From assembly GCA_012511795.1 (NCBI GenBank), contig JAAZFJ010000162.1, forward strand, positions 66-64,065: 64,000 nt of DNA. The letters run 5' to 3'. The notes beneath the pieces are model-generated. The model made no database searches, was not told where the DNA came from, and saw only the letters and a list, made by a program, of their open reading frames with translations. Shown here piece after piece: positions 46,984 through 57,680 of the stretch. The stretch comes from Syntrophomonadaceae bacterium. Lineage in GTDB: Bacteria > Bacillota > Syntrophomonadia > Syntrophomonadales > Syntrophomonadaceae. How positions within the stretch are numbered: the first letter of the stretch is position 1; every line of letters begins with the position of its first letter. A program made the position numbers and the translations under genes.

Positions 46984-47970
46984 TTGGAGAGGGAATTAGC
47001 TCTGGAATTCGCTCGGGTCACTGAATCAGCAGCTTTAGCAGCTGCTTGTTGGGTGGGTAAAGGTAATAAAGAAGCTGCTGACGAAGCAGCAGTAACTGCT
47101 ATGCGGGTTATGTTTGATACTGTATCCGTTGATGGCATTGTTGTTATTGGAGAAGGGGAAATGGATGAAGCCCCTATGCTCTATATAGGTGAAAAGGTTG
47201 GAATAGGTGTCCCGCCAGAGGTTGATATAGCGGTGGATCCGGTAGAAGGTACCAATAATGTAGCCGGAGGCCGCGAAGGAGCTATAGCTGTTTTAGCTGT
47301 TGCGCCACGGGGAACACTTCTAAATGCTCCGGATATGTATATGAATAAAATCGCTGTTGGCTCAGAATGTAAAGGACGTGTCTTTCTGGATGCTCCGGTC
47401 AAAGAAAATTTACGCCAGGTAGCTAAAGCCCTGGGTAAACTGATCAGTGAGGTAACAGTGGTAATTCTGGACCGGCCGCGACATTATGAGATGATAGAAG
47501 AAATCCGCAGATCTGGAGCTCGCATTAAGCTTATACTGGATGGTGATGTTTCACCAGCTGTGGCTGCTGCATATGCTAATTCCGGGGTAGATATTGTTAT
47601 GGGTATTGGCGGAGCACCGGAAGGAGTCATTACTGCCGCTGCCCTGAAATGTTTGGGGGGAGATTTTCAGGCCCGCCTATGTCCAGAGGATGATAATGAA
47701 ATTACAAGGTGTCATCAAATGGGAATCGCCGATTTAGATAAGATATTGACCCTTGATGAACTGGTAAAATCAGATGATGTTATTTTCGTGGCAACTGGAA
47801 TTACAGATTCTTTTTTGCTGAAAGAGGTAAGATATTATAAAAGACGGGCTATTACTCAGACAATAGTCATGAGAAGCACTTCCGGCACTATTCGTCACAT
47901 CGAAGCTCATCATGATTTAGACCGCAAACCCTTATTTAGGGATAATCGTATTAATCTAAAGTTTGATTAA
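46984..47970 (+). CDS. glpX: Class II fructose-1,6-bisphosphatase GlpX
   Basis: TTG 46984 lies 8 nt after GGAGG and gives MERELALEFARVTE..., matching GlpX N-termini. It also has GEGEMDEAPMLYIGEKVG. Confidence 0.9.
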   Translation: MERELALEFARVTESAALAAACWVGKGNKEAADEAAVTAMRVMFDTVSVDGIVVIGEGEMDEAPMLYIGEKVGIGVPPEVDIAVDPVEGTNNVAGGREGAIAVLAVAPRGTLLNAPDMYMNKIAVGSECKGRVFLDAPVKENLRQVAKALGKLISEVTVVILDRPRHYEMIEEIRRSGARIKLILDGDVSPAVAAAYANSGVDIVMGIGGAPEGVITAAALKCLGGDFQARLCPEDDNEITRCHQMGIADLDKILTLDELVKSDDVIFVATGITDSFLLKEVRYYKRRAITQTIVMRSTSGTIRHIEAHHDLDRKPLFRDNRINLKFD

Positions 47971-47982
47971 AGTATAATGTTA

Positions 47983-48012
47983 TTGTTTAAAAAATGATTA
48001 GACTGTTATAAT
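47983..48012 (+). promoter_or_regulatory. SigA-type promoter of rho with extended -10
   Basis: TTGTTT (47983-47988), an 18-nt spacer, then TGtTATAAT (48004-48012). It leaves a ~190-nt leader. Confidence 0.5.
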
Positions 48013-48211
48013 TATTTATATCACTTGGTTTCGATAGGGCAACTCGCCAGAGATTGCCCTCCAAGGATTTTTGCCAAGTTTTGCCCGCAAGATTTCTTCA
48101 TGGATCGGAAAGAATTTTAATTGTCATTTTAAGACATATGCATATCAATTAAATTCCCGACACTAAGAAAACAATAACAATTAGTTGGCACTATAAGAAA
48201 GGAGAAATATT

Positions 48212-49498
48212 TTGAAGGTAAATATTTCGGAATTAGACAATAAAACAATGTTGGAATTATACCAAGTAGCACGAGATGTAAACCTGGCGGGTTATTCCAA
48301 ACTGCGTAAAAAGGAATTAATATTTGAAATAACCAAAGCTTTGACAAAATCTGATGAGTTATTACAAGCCCAGGGGGTATTGGAAATAATGCCTGACGGG
48401 TATGGATTTCTAAGACCTTTTGCCTATGTACCCAGTCATGAGGATATCTATGTTTCGCCTTCCCAGATCAGAAAGTTTGAACTTCGTACCGGGGACCGGG
48501 TAGGAGGGCAAGTCAGATCTCCCAAGGACAATGAACGTTTTTTTGCTCTGTTAAAAGTAGAAAATGTTAATGGATTTCCTCCTGAGGATTCAGTGAAGAG
48601 AATTCATTTTGATGCGTTAACTCCGATCTATCCAACCGAACGTCTCACTCTTGAAACCAAATCTGAAGAATTATCTACCCGTATAATTGATTTAATTTCC
48701 CCTATTGGCAAAGGCCAGCGAGGACTTATTGTATCACCTCCTAAAGCCGGCAAAACAATGTTGCTGCAAAAAATTGCCCAGGGGATTTCAGCGAATCATC
48801 CTGATGTTGAATTATTTATATTGCTGGTTGATGAAAGGCCTGAAGAAGTAACTGATATGCAGCGCAATACCAAGGCAGAGGTAGTATCATCAACTTTTGA
48901 TGAACCACCGGAAAATCATGTAAAGGTTACTGACATGATTCTGGAAAGGGCCAAGAGATTAGTTGAACATAAAAAAGATGTTGTTATTTTAATGGATAGT
49001 GTGACCAGACTTGCAAGAGCTCATAATTTAGTGGTTCCCCCCAGTGGCAGGACACTATCAGGTGGAATTGATCCAGCCTCCCTTGACAAACCCAAGCGTT
49101 TTTTTGGTGCAGCACGTAATGTAGAGGAAGGGGGCAGTTTGACGATTATAGCCACAGCTCTTATAGAGACTGGCTCAAGGATGGATGAAGTTATTTTCGA
49201 AGAATTCAAAGGCCGGGGAAATATGGAACTGGTATTGGAAAGGAAAATAGCCGAAAGAAGAATATTCCCTGCTATTGATATAAAACGGTCAGGAACCCGT
49301 AAAGAAGAACTGCTTTTAAATGAAGAAGAAATGGAATTGAACTGGAACTTAAGAAATGCTTTCAGTGAGTATAATCCTGTTGAAACTATGCAAATGATCA
49401 GGGATACTATGAAGAAAACAAAATATAATCAAGATTTATTAAGAGCTGCACCAGTAGTTTTCGGACGAAATGGTCATGGCAGAAAATCCTATCAATAA
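48212..49498 (+). CDS. rho: Transcription termination factor Rho
   Basis: It has an Rho N-terminal domain, a cold-shock-like RNA-binding domain (GYGFLR), Walker A PPKAGKT and SGGIDP. TTG start. Confidence 0.95.
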   Translation: MKVNISELDNKTMLELYQVARDVNLAGYSKLRKKELIFEITKALTKSDELLQAQGVLEIMPDGYGFLRPFAYVPSHEDIYVSPSQIRKFELRTGDRVGGQVRSPKDNERFFALLKVENVNGFPPEDSVKRIHFDALTPIYPTERLTLETKSEELSTRIIDLISPIGKGQRGLIVSPPKAGKTMLLQKIAQGISANHPDVELFILLVDERPEEVTDMQRNTKAEVVSSTFDEPPENHVKVTDMILERAKRLVEHKKDVVILMDSVTRLARAHNLVVPPSGRTLSGGIDPASLDKPKRFFGAARNVEEGGSLTIIATALIETGSRMDEVIFEEFKGRGNMELVLERKIAERRIFPAIDIKRSGTRKEELLLNEEEMELNWNLRNAFSEYNPVETMQMIRDTMKKTKYNQDLLRAAPVVFGRNGHGRKSYQ

Positions 49499-49571
49499 GT
49501 ATAAATTCCGGTAGTATTGTTAATAATAAAGGTCGTTAGGGCCTTTATTTTTTTGTCCTGACAGAAACGAG

Positions 49572-50435
49572 GTGATTATTGTGGCCAAGAAGAAGTTAGG
49601 CAGTTTGGTTTTGGCACTATTTTTAATAACAACAGTATATACACCTGTTCAGGCAGCGTTAAAAGAAGGTAATTTTGTACCCTATACCGCTAAAAAATCA
49701 GCAGCGGTAAATGCAAGAAGTAAATACTATCAAATAAAAAAGGGTGACACATTATGGAGTATTTCCCAGGCTTATAAAACAGATTTAGCAACGCTTATGT
49801 CAATAAATAACCTGAATAAAAACAGCATTCTTAATATTGGACAAACAATTATGCTGCCAGGCAATGATTCGCGGGTCCACTTGATTCAAAAGGGAGAGAC
49901 CATGTGGAGTATTGCTTCATTGTATGACATTGATGTGAAAGATCTGCAAATGTTGAATCGTGATAAAAAACCTAATCAGCTGAAAATCGGGGATGAGCTG
50001 GCAATACCAGAATCCATAGTTAGAGTAGTTGCAGTTATGGCGGAACCCTCAAGAAGTTTAGCAGGCGGAGTTTATAGCTGGCCTGTGACAGGCATTATTA
50101 CCTCCAATTACGGTTGGAGGAAGTCGGGATTTCATCATGGCCTTGATATCGCCGCTAAAATTGGTACACCAGTAAAAGCAGCCAGCAGCGGGCAGGTCAT
50201 TTTTGCAGGTACCCGGGATATATATGGTAAAACCGTAATAGTTGACCATACCGATGGCAGGCAGACTCTTTATGCACATCTCAGCAAATACAATGTAAAA
50301 AAAGGGCAGCAAATAGCCAAAGGACAAATAATAGCATATGTAGGCAACACAGGCAGAACTACCGGGCCCCATCTGCATTTTGCGGTTATGAAAGGGGAGG
50401 AAACCTTTGATCCCCTAATATTTCTGCGAAAGTAA
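49572..50435 (+). CDS. Secreted 2xLysM-M23 peptidoglycan metalloendopeptidase
   Basis: It has a signal peptide, LysM repeats YQIKKGDTLWSISQAY and HLIQKGETMWSIASLY, and M23 motifs HHGLDIAA and GPHLHF. Confidence 0.85.
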   Translation: MIIVAKKKLGSLVLALFLITTVYTPVQAALKEGNFVPYTAKKSAAVNARSKYYQIKKGDTLWSISQAYKTDLATLMSINNLNKNSILNIGQTIMLPGNDSRVHLIQKGETMWSIASLYDIDVKDLQMLNRDKKPNQLKIGDELAIPESIVRVVAVMAEPSRSLAGGVYSWPVTGIITSNYGWRKSGFHHGLDIAAKIGTPVKAASSGQVIFAGTRDIYGKTVIVDHTDGRQTLYAHLSKYNVKKGQQIAKGQIIAYVGNTGRTTGPHLHFAVMKGEETFDPLIFLRK

Positions 50436-50533
50436 CATGATTTTTTGGTGGAAGCTCCTTTTGTAAGGGGCTTTTTTTATGTCCTGGTATGGGCTAAGCT
50501 ATAAAGAGTAAATGATAGAATAATGAGGTTAGT

Positions 50534-51772
50534 ATGTATTTAACTTTATTTGCAGATGAATGTGGGCAAGTCAGAGAACACCCGCAGCTTAAAATGTTGG
50601 GGCAAATTGGTTCTACCTGGGTGGAACCGGAGCCAGGTGAAATGATTCCTTTACCTAAGGGTGCTTCATTGGTTTTGGTGCCAGGTCATCACCCGGTGGG
50701 AATGCAGGGGGATCAGCCTGAAACCGTAAAGCCAACAAACAGCAATAAGCAGCCTTATGCAGTTGCGGCTTTGCTGCCCCAGGGGTTTACCCGCACTCTT
50801 CTTCCGGCAGCTGCATCAAGGGATAATAAAGATATTCCTCTTCTAGGCTATTCTGCTGTAGGACTGAAAAATGAGAAGATTTATGTTGCAGCTGTGCAAA
50901 CAGATGAGCACCGTAAATGGCATCCCAAAAATTATAATACAGAGAGACTGCCGGCAAAGATTGCTGTATTCCTAAAAAAATATCCTGGTAACCGAATAGT
51001 CAGACAGTTAGCCAACTGTGCCCTTGAATACAGCTGTTATACAGCACAGAATTTATTTTATGGCCGCTGGGAAGCTGGAATTCCAACCACTCAAACTTGT
51101 AATGCCGATTGCATTGGCTGTATTTCGGAAAGCCATACCGGAGCTGATTCGGCGCAAAACCGCCTGAGGTTTTCGCCAAGCATTGATGAAATAATTGAGC
51201 TGGGCATCGTACATCTTACTGCTGCCAGGGAAGCCATCATAAGCTTTGGACAGGGATGTGAAGGAGAGCCAGCTTTAAACGCTGATAAATTAGAAATAGC
51301 TATTAAAGAAATAAGGAAGCAAACCGCTGCTGGAACCATCAATATTAATACCAATGCCGGCTATACAAGAGGGATCTGTCAGCTTTGTGATGCAGGATTG
51401 GACAGTATACGGGTAACCATGTTTTCCCCCACCGAAAGGGATTATAATTATTACCATCGCCCCCGTGATTATAATTTAACTGATGTTTTAAAATCCATTC
51501 AATATGCTAAGGACAGAGGAGTCAAAGTATCATTGAATTTACTTACTTTTCCTGGTTTTACTGACAGGCCGGACCAGTTGGAAGCCTTACTTAACCTGGT
51601 CAGTGAAAACCATATTGATATGATTCAATTACGCAACCTAAATATTGACCCTAAATATATGAAAGCATTAAACAATGACTTTCAACCACTGGGGATACCT
51701 CAGTTTTTAAAAGTCCTTAAGCAGGAAGCACCCCAGGTTATTATCGGGTCATACAGCAGGCCAGTTCGTTAA
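50534..51772 (+). CDS. Radical SAM protein of unknown function with ~185-aa N-terminal extension
   Basis: It has CNADCIGC (CxxxCxxC) at about residue 190, then a GQGCEGEP SAM-binding-like motif. No SPASM or B12 domain is evident. Confidence 0.7.
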   Translation: MYLTLFADECGQVREHPQLKMLGQIGSTWVEPEPGEMIPLPKGASLVLVPGHHPVGMQGDQPETVKPTNSNKQPYAVAALLPQGFTRTLLPAAASRDNKDIPLLGYSAVGLKNEKIYVAAVQTDEHRKWHPKNYNTERLPAKIAVFLKKYPGNRIVRQLANCALEYSCYTAQNLFYGRWEAGIPTTQTCNADCIGCISESHTGADSAQNRLRFSPSIDEIIELGIVHLTAAREAIISFGQGCEGEPALNADKLEIAIKEIRKQTAAGTININTNAGYTRGICQLCDAGLDSIRVTMFSPTERDYNYYHRPRDYNLTDVLKSIQYAKDRGVKVSLNLLTFPGFTDRPDQLEALLNLVSENHIDMIQLRNLNIDPKYMKALNNDFQPLGIPQFLKVLKQEAPQVIIGSYSRPVR

Positions 51773-51791
51773 AATAGGAGAGGAGAATTAC

Positions 51792-52778
51792 ATGGATAAG
51801 AAAGGTCCTTTTACTGTAAAAGAACTTAAGGCATTGTCTCCCGGAAAACAAATCTGGGGGAAATATTTGATATTGGAGAAAGTCACCCGCAAAACCAAAG
51901 AGGGCAAGGACTTAACCAATTTGAAAATAGGTGATAGCACTGGTGATATGGATGTTATTGTCTGGGATAGCTGCCAGATCAGCGGGGATTTACAGCCAGG
52001 CAGCGTGATAGGCTTATTGGGTGATTTAGGGTTATATCGGGAACGTCTGCAGCTCACCGGCAAGAGAATTAAAATAATGGATGAACCGGCGGAGCCTTTT
52101 ATGCGCACTCCCGAAATAAGTATCGATTGTCTCATAAAAGACTTTGATGATGTAATTGCTTCAATAGATGATATCTATATGCAGCAATTACTGCAGCAGC
52201 TTTTTCACAATGATCTCCGCGAAACATTCATTAAAGCTCCGGCAGCAAAAAAGATACATCATAATTATCTTGGCGGTTTGCTGGAACACTCTCTTAATGT
52301 GGCCAGGCTTTGCCGACAGGTAAGTGCAGTCTATCCTGTTTTAAACAAGGATTTGTTGATTACCGGAGCACTCCTCCATGACTTGGGTAAAATTGAAGAA
52401 TATAAAATGAAAATTGTTCCTGAATATACAGTCAGTGGGCGCATGCTGGGGCATATCGTCCTGGGCTGTGAAATGGTCAGTGAACAGATTAACAAAATAC
52501 GTACCCAAACAGGATATTTCCCGGAGGAGTTGGAACTGATGCTTAAGCATATGGTCTTAAGCCATCATGGAAGCTTGGAATTTGCTTCACCGGTCATCCC
52601 GCTTTTCCCGGAAGCTCTGGTACTACATATGATGGACAATATGGATGCGAAGCTATTTGTTTTTCTAAATCGTATTGATGAGGAAAATGGAGAAGGTGAA
52701 CCATATTTTACATCCTATGATACTCTTTTTGCCCAGCAATTTTTTAAATATCGTTATAAAAGTAAAACCAGTGAGTAA
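51792..52778 (+). CDS. OB-fold + HD-domain 3'-5' exoribonuclease, YhaM-like
   Basis: It has an N-terminal OB fold (LKIGDSTGDMDVIVWD) and an HD domain (LLEHSLNV, LLHDLGK, SHHG). Confidence 0.75.
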   Translation: MDKKGPFTVKELKALSPGKQIWGKYLILEKVTRKTKEGKDLTNLKIGDSTGDMDVIVWDSCQISGDLQPGSVIGLLGDLGLYRERLQLTGKRIKIMDEPAEPFMRTPEISIDCLIKDFDDVIASIDDIYMQQLLQQLFHNDLRETFIKAPAAKKIHHNYLGGLLEHSLNVARLCRQVSAVYPVLNKDLLITGALLHDLGKIEEYKMKIVPEYTVSGRMLGHIVLGCEMVSEQINKIRTQTGYFPEELELMLKHMVLSHHGSLEFASPVIPLFPEALVLHMMDNMDAKLFVFLNRIDEENGEGEPYFTSYDTLFAQQFFKYRYKSKTSE

Positions 52779-52839
52779 TTATGCATCTTTCCCAAGTATT
52801 TAAAGACTTAATGGTCCCGTCAAAATTCAGAGACAATTC

Positions 52840-52868
52840 TTGTTTTTTGCTTGCATTATTGTTATAAT
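52840..52868 (+). promoter_or_regulatory. SigA-type promoter of rpmE
   Basis: TTGTTT (52840-52845), a 17-nt spacer, then TATAAT (52863-52868), preceded by TGt (extended -10). Confidence 0.55.
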
Positions 52869-52938
52869 TTTGTTTGCAGTTTGCTTTGTTCTGTATAAAT
52901 CTGATTTTATATAGATAAACCTGAAAAGAGGTGAAATA

Positions 52939-53142
52939 ATGAAGGATAAAATACATCCCCAATATTACCGTGCCACAGCCCGCTGTGCGTGTGGAAATGA
53001 ATTTGAAGTGGGTTCCACCAAGGAAAGTATTAAAACAGAAATTTGTTCCAAATGCCACCCATTTTTTACCGGCAACAAAACTAGATTAGTTGATACAACC
53101 GGTAGGGTCGATAAGTTTAAGAAAAAGTATGGTCTAAATTAG
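52939..53142 (+). CDS. rpmE: 50S ribosomal protein L31 (Zn-ribbon type)
   Basis: [10 protein letters not shown]...CACGNEF...[10 protein letters not shown]. Confidence 0.95.
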   Translation: MKDKIHPQYYRATARCACGNEFEVGSTKESIKTEICSKCHPFFTGNKTRLVDTTGRVDKFKKKYGLN

Positions 53143-53215
53143 TTTCTTAGCAGGGCAATTGTCTCTGCTTTTTTTTTAATAACCTTATGTTGCAGGGCTT
53201 AAAAGGGTGATTATT

Positions 53216-54142
53216 ATGGAAAAGAAGATTCAATATGGCGGCATGGCAGTAATTGAAGGAGTAATGATGCGCGGTAAGGACAAAGTTGCCGTGGCAGTGA
53301 GAAAGCCTGATGGCACTATAGAGCTGGAACAGGAAAATATAAAGGACAGTGCCGGCAGGTTTCCTTTTTTAAAATGGCCTTTGATACGTGGAACCTTTGT
53401 TTTGATTGATTCTATGGTTTTAGGCATTAAAATGTTAAATAAATCTGCTAATATGTCCATGGGAGAAGAAGAGGAAGAGATCAGCCTGGCGGAAATGATC
53501 GGCACCGGATTATTCGCCTTTTTACTGGCAGTAGTTCTTTTTGTAATCTTGCCTACTGCCATTGTACATTATACATCCAGCTTATTGGGTGGAGTTTTGC
53601 TGCAAAATCTGGTGGAAGGAATTATTCGAGTCAGCTTCTTCCTTTTATATGTTTATGCAATTTCTAAAATGGATGAAATAGATCGGGTATTTATGTATCA
53701 TGGAGCTGAGCATAAAGCTATTTTTACTTTGGAAGCGGGACAAGACCTTACTGTAGAAAACAGCCGTAAATTCACAACCCTCCATCCCCGATGCGGAACG
53801 AGCTTTCTATTGACTGTTATGGTTATTTCTATTTTGGTGTTTGCCCTTTTGGGGGAAGGAACTTTATTTTATAGAGTCTGGTCCCGTATTGCCGTTTTGC
53901 CAATTGTAGCAGGTATTGGCTATGAGTTTATAAAGTTCAGCGGCAATTATTATAATGACCGATGGGCTAAAATACTAATAGCACCGGGCTTATGGCTGCA
54001 AAAATTAACCACCCGGGAGCCGGATGATGATCAGCTTGAAGTAGCTTTTGCGGCCTTAAAGGCTGTTCAGCCTGTTGAAGCTGCTTGGAAAGCTGATATG
54101 AAAAGTGAAGTCCGCAGTATAGAATATGCCGGAGTAAAGTAA
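53216..54142 (+). CDS. DUF1385-family membrane protein (conserved upstream of prfA/prmC)
   Basis: ATG 53216 follows AAAGGGTGA. It has GGMAVIEGVMMRG, YHGAEHK and HPRCGTSF. Confidence 0.75.
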   Translation: MEKKIQYGGMAVIEGVMMRGKDKVAVAVRKPDGTIELEQENIKDSAGRFPFLKWPLIRGTFVLIDSMVLGIKMLNKSANMSMGEEEEEISLAEMIGTGLFAFLLAVVLFVILPTAIVHYTSSLLGGVLLQNLVEGIIRVSFFLLYVYAISKMDEIDRVFMYHGAEHKAIFTLEAGQDLTVENSRKFTTLHPRCGTSFLLTVMVISILVFALLGEGTLFYRVWSRIAVLPIVAGIGYEFIKFSGNYYNDRWAKILIAPGLWLQKLTTREPDDDQLEVAFAALKAVQPVEAAWKADMKSEVRSIEYAGVK

Positions 54143-54163
54143 CATAGGAGGTTTACTTGTTTA

Positions 54164-55231
54164 ATGCTGGAAAAATTACAAAGCCTGGAAGAAAAATATA
54201 ATAGTTTAACTGAATTATTAAGCAATCCGGATATTATAAATGATCAAAGCAAATTCCAAAAATATGCCAAAGCCCATTCAGATTTGACGGAAATCGTATC
54301 TGCTTATATTGAATATAAAAAGGCTTTAGAGCAGACTGAGGAAGCAAAGCAGATGCTTGCAGAAAATAATGATGAAGATTTTAAACAGATGCTGTTGGAG
54401 GAAATTGAAGATCTTAATGATAAAAAGATTGCCCTTGAACAGCAGCTTAAAATTTTGCTGCTTCCTAAAGACCCTAATGATGAAAAAAGTGTAATTATGG
54501 AGATCAGAGCAGGAACTGGAGGCGAAGAAGCTGCCCTGTTTGCCCAGGATTTATTTAGAATGTATACTCGGTATGCAGAAGAGCAGGGTTGGAAGATTGA
54601 AATTATGGATTCCAATTATACAGACATTGGCGGTATCAAGGAAATAATTTTTGTTGTTGATGGGCATGGTGTATACAGCAAGCTTAAGTATGAATCAGGT
54701 GTACATCGGGTTCAGAGAATACCAAGCACTGAATCAGGCGGACGTATCCATACTTCAGCGGCAACAGTTGCCGTCCTTCCGGAAGCAGAAGAAATAGAGA
54801 TCGCTATTGATCCCAATGAATTACGCATAGATGTTTATTGTTCAAGCGGCCCGGGCGGTCAGTCGGTCAACACTACTCAATCAGCGGTAAGAATAACGCA
54901 CATACCAACCGGGTTAGTAGTTACCTGCCAGGATGAGAAATCACAACATAAGAATAAAGCTCAGGCATTAAGGGTTTTAAGAGCGCGTCTTAAAGAAATC
55001 ATAGAAGAAGAGAAAAACGCCGAATTGGCAGGAGCTCGTAAAAGCCAAGTGGGATCGGGGGACCGCAGTGAACGTATCCGTACCTATAATTTTCCCCAGG
55101 GAAGAGTGAGTGATCATAGAATAAACTTGACATTGCATAAATTGGATATGGTATTAGCGGGACAATTAGACGAAATTATCGATGCTCTTACAACGCATTT
55201 TCAGGCTGAGCTTATGAAACAGGTGGATTAA
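54164..55231 (+). CDS. prfA: Peptide chain release factor 1
   Basis: It has the RF1 tripeptide context RIPSTES and GGQ motif [11 protein letters not shown]. Confidence 0.95.
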   Translation: MLEKLQSLEEKYNSLTELLSNPDIINDQSKFQKYAKAHSDLTEIVSAYIEYKKALEQTEEAKQMLAENNDEDFKQMLLEEIEDLNDKKIALEQQLKILLLPKDPNDEKSVIMEIRAGTGGEEAALFAQDLFRMYTRYAEEQGWKIEIMDSNYTDIGGIKEIIFVVDGHGVYSKLKYESGVHRVQRIPSTESGGRIHTSAATVAVLPEAEEIEIAIDPNELRIDVYCSSGPGGQSVNTTQSAVRITHIPTGLVVTCQDEKSQHKNKAQALRVLRARLKEIIEEEKNAELAGARKSQVGSGDRSERIRTYNFPQGRVSDHRINLTLHKLDMVLAGQLDEIIDALTTHFQAELMKQVD

Positions 55232-56083
55232 TTGCATAGTGACTGGAACATAATTTCCATATTGGAATGGACTACCCGGTATTTTAAAAGCAAAGGCATT
55301 ACAGAGCCCCGGTTAGAGGCAGAAGTACTGATGTCTCATGTGCTTAATAAAGACCGGGTGTATTTGTATGCTCATTTTGATGCACCAGTCAATGGGCATG
55401 AAAGGAAAGAGCTAAGGGAAGTTATAAAAAGAAGAGTAAGTGGTGAGCCAAGTGCTTATATTACCGGGAACAAAGAATTTATGTCCCTTAAATTTTATGT
55501 AACACCGGATGTATTAATCCCTAGGCCTGATACTGAAGTACTGGTAGAAGAAGTAATCAGGCTGGCCGGGGAAAGAAGAAATATAAAAATATGTGACACA
55601 GGAACAGGTTCTGGAATAATAGCAATTAGTCTTGCCCACTATTTAAAAGATCCCTTAGTCTATGCTACTGACATTTCTCCGGCAGCAGTAAAAGTTGCTG
55701 CTCTTAATGCAAAAACGCACCAAATAAAAATAACCATTGAAACGGGTAATTTATTAGAACCGTTTGCCAATGAAAAATTTGATTTTATAACCGCTAATCT
55801 GCCTTATATAAGTACAGAAGAGTTTGCTTTGCTGCCCAGGGAAGTCAAGGATTACGAACCCAAGTCAGCTTTACTGGCAGAAGGTGATGGTTTGGACGAT
55901 TATCGGAGTTTGTTGCCTCAAGCCTACAAAAGCCTGCTGCCTGGCGGTTATTTGCTTTTTGAAATCGGTCATAATCAGGGAAAGGCAGCTTTAGAACTAA
56001 CCCGTGAATTTTATAAAAGCAGCAGATTGATCAAAGATTATGCCGGCCGCGACCGGGTTATCGCAGCGCGAAGGGAAGAGTAA
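55232..56083 (+). CDS. prmC: Release factor glutamine N5-methyltransferase PrmC/HemK
   Basis: It has SAM motif DTGTGSGIIA and NxPY motif ITANLPYI. It directly follows prfA. Confidence 0.9.
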   Translation: MHSDWNIISILEWTTRYFKSKGITEPRLEAEVLMSHVLNKDRVYLYAHFDAPVNGHERKELREVIKRRVSGEPSAYITGNKEFMSLKFYVTPDVLIPRPDTEVLVEEVIRLAGERRNIKICDTGTGSGIIAISLAHYLKDPLVYATDISPAAVKVAALNAKTHQIKITIETGNLLEPFANEKFDFITANLPYISTEEFALLPREVKDYEPKSALLAEGDGLDDYRSLLPQAYKSLLPGGYLLFEIGHNQGKAALELTREFYKSSRLIKDYAGRDRVIAARREE

Positions 56084-56084
56084 T

Positions 56085-57080
56085 GTGCTAACCGAATATC
56101 TGAAAGTAGATGTAAATGATGAAAAATCTTGGGAAATTATCCGAGCAGCACAACTGCTGTCAGAATCTGAAGTGGTTGCCTTTCCTACAGAAACAGTTTA
56201 TGGAGTAGGAGCAAAGGTTTTTGATGAAGCAGCTGTTGGCAAAATTTTTATTGCTAAAAACCGGCGGCCGGATCAATCTTTATTGGTACATATTTCACAA
56301 ATTGAACAGGTATATGGTATTGCAGCCGAGGTTACTGATGATGCCCTGCTCTTGATGAAAAGTTTCTGGCCAGGCCCTTTATCGATTATCCTGCCTGCTG
56401 ATAGTATGGTACCCTTGGCGGTAACAGGCGGAAAGGACACCGTCGGATTAAGAATGCCTGCACATCCAGTGGCTAAAAAACTTATTGATATAACCGGCCC
56501 CCTGGCAGCAACCAGTGCCAACCTGTCAGGGCGGCCGAGTCCCCTGACGGCACAACATGTAAAAGAAGATTTGGACGGACATATTGCAGCCATTGTAGAC
56601 GCAGGCCCAACCGGGTTAGGGATTGAATCAACAATCATTGATATAAGTAAAAAACCATATACTTTATTGCGGTTAGGCGGTATTCAAAATCAGGAAATAG
56701 AAGCCGTTTTAAATCAAACAATTACTAATTGTCTGCCTGATCCGGCAGCCAGGAAATATCAAACAAGTTCAAAGGTAATCATAACCAGTGACTGGGATGA
56801 TTTTTTAACTAAACTCGAAGTATTTAAGGATAAGTCATTGGGAATGGTAGCCTATGATCAGCAAACAATGGATGCTGAATCCAGATTAAGCAGGTTTCAG
56901 TTTAAAAAACGATATATATTATCCTTAGAACAACAGCACAGTAATTATTTTTCGATATTAAGAGATGCTGAACAAAACCACATTGAAATTATAATATTTA
57001 CACCGCTTCCTGACACAGTCAGCTTTTCCCTCAGAGACAGGATAAACCGCTCATTATATATTGCCGGGCAAGGAGAGTAA
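56085..57080 (+). CDS. tsaC: L-threonylcarbamoyladenylate synthase (Sua5/YwlC type, two-domain)
   Basis: GTG 56085 follows GAAGGGAAGAG. It has FPTETVYGVGA and SANLSGRPSP plus a C-terminal Sua5 domain. Confidence 0.85.
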   Translation: MLTEYLKVDVNDEKSWEIIRAAQLLSESEVVAFPTETVYGVGAKVFDEAAVGKIFIAKNRRPDQSLLVHISQIEQVYGIAAEVTDDALLLMKSFWPGPLSIILPADSMVPLAVTGGKDTVGLRMPAHPVAKKLIDITGPLAATSANLSGRPSPLTAQHVKEDLDGHIAAIVDAGPTGLGIESTIIDISKKPYTLLRLGGIQNQEIEAVLNQTITNCLPDPAARKYQTSSKVIITSDWDDFLTKLEVFKDKSLGMVAYDQQTMDAESRLSRFQFKKRYILSLEQQHSNYFSILRDAEQNHIEIIIFTPLPDTVSFSLRDRINRSLYIAGQGE

Positions 57081-57083
57081 TTA

Positions 57084-57680
57084 ATGCTTGAGCAGTTGAT
57101 TACCATTATATTAGTAGCCATAGTTCTTGGTCTGGATGCTTTTTCACTTTCATTAGGCATAGGACTTAAGGGCATTTCCACAAAAAACGCCATTAAATTT
57201 GCCGTTACGATTGCTGTTTATCATGTTTTAATGCCTCTTATTGGACTAAATATTGGTATGGCAGCTGGTAACCTCCTTGGTATTTGGGCAGCGCGTTTAG
57301 GAGCAATTGCACTTTCATATATTGGTTTCGAACTTTTGCTAAAAGGGTATAGAGAGACAAAGGCCAGGGCTATATCCTTTACAGAAGCAAGACATTCCCT
57401 TGAAACCAAGAAAGCGGCAGATTATAAATGGACAAATATTCTGATGCTGGGATTTTTAGTTAGCATTGATGCCTTGACAGTAGGTTTTGGTTTAGGTACT
57501 TTAAGAATGTCTGTATTACTAACCTGTTTCATCATCGGAACGGTAGCAGGGATCATGACACTTCTAGGCTTTATGGGTGGAAAGGTATTTAGCAGGATAG
57601 CAGGCAGTTATGCACAGATCATTGGCGGCATAATATTATTGGCATTGGCTGCAAAAATGCTTTTTCAGGGGGGAGTTTAG
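57084..57680 (+). CDS. mntP: Manganese efflux pump MntP
   Basis: Six-TM protein with duplicated DUF204 motif (LGLDAFSLSLGIG and SIDALTVGFGLG). Confidence 0.8.
   Translation: MLEQLITIILVAIVLGLDAFSLSLGIGLKGISTKNAIKFAVTIAVYHVLMPLIGLNIGMAAGNLLGIWAARLGAIALSYIGFELLLKGYRETKARAISFTEARHSLETKKAADYKWTNILMLGFLVSIDALTVGFGLGTLRMSVLLTCFIIGTVAGIMTLLGFMGGKVFSRIAGSYAQIIGGIILLALAAKMLFQGGV

Noticed and set aside
57081-57083. Expected riboswitches and T-boxes: yybP-ykoY upstream of mntP, and T-boxes upstream of asnS, argS and glyA
   Set aside because: The intergenic gaps are too short. They are 3 nt before mntP, 39 nt before asnS, about 90 nt before argS and 4 nt before glyA. No leader RNA of the required size can be present.
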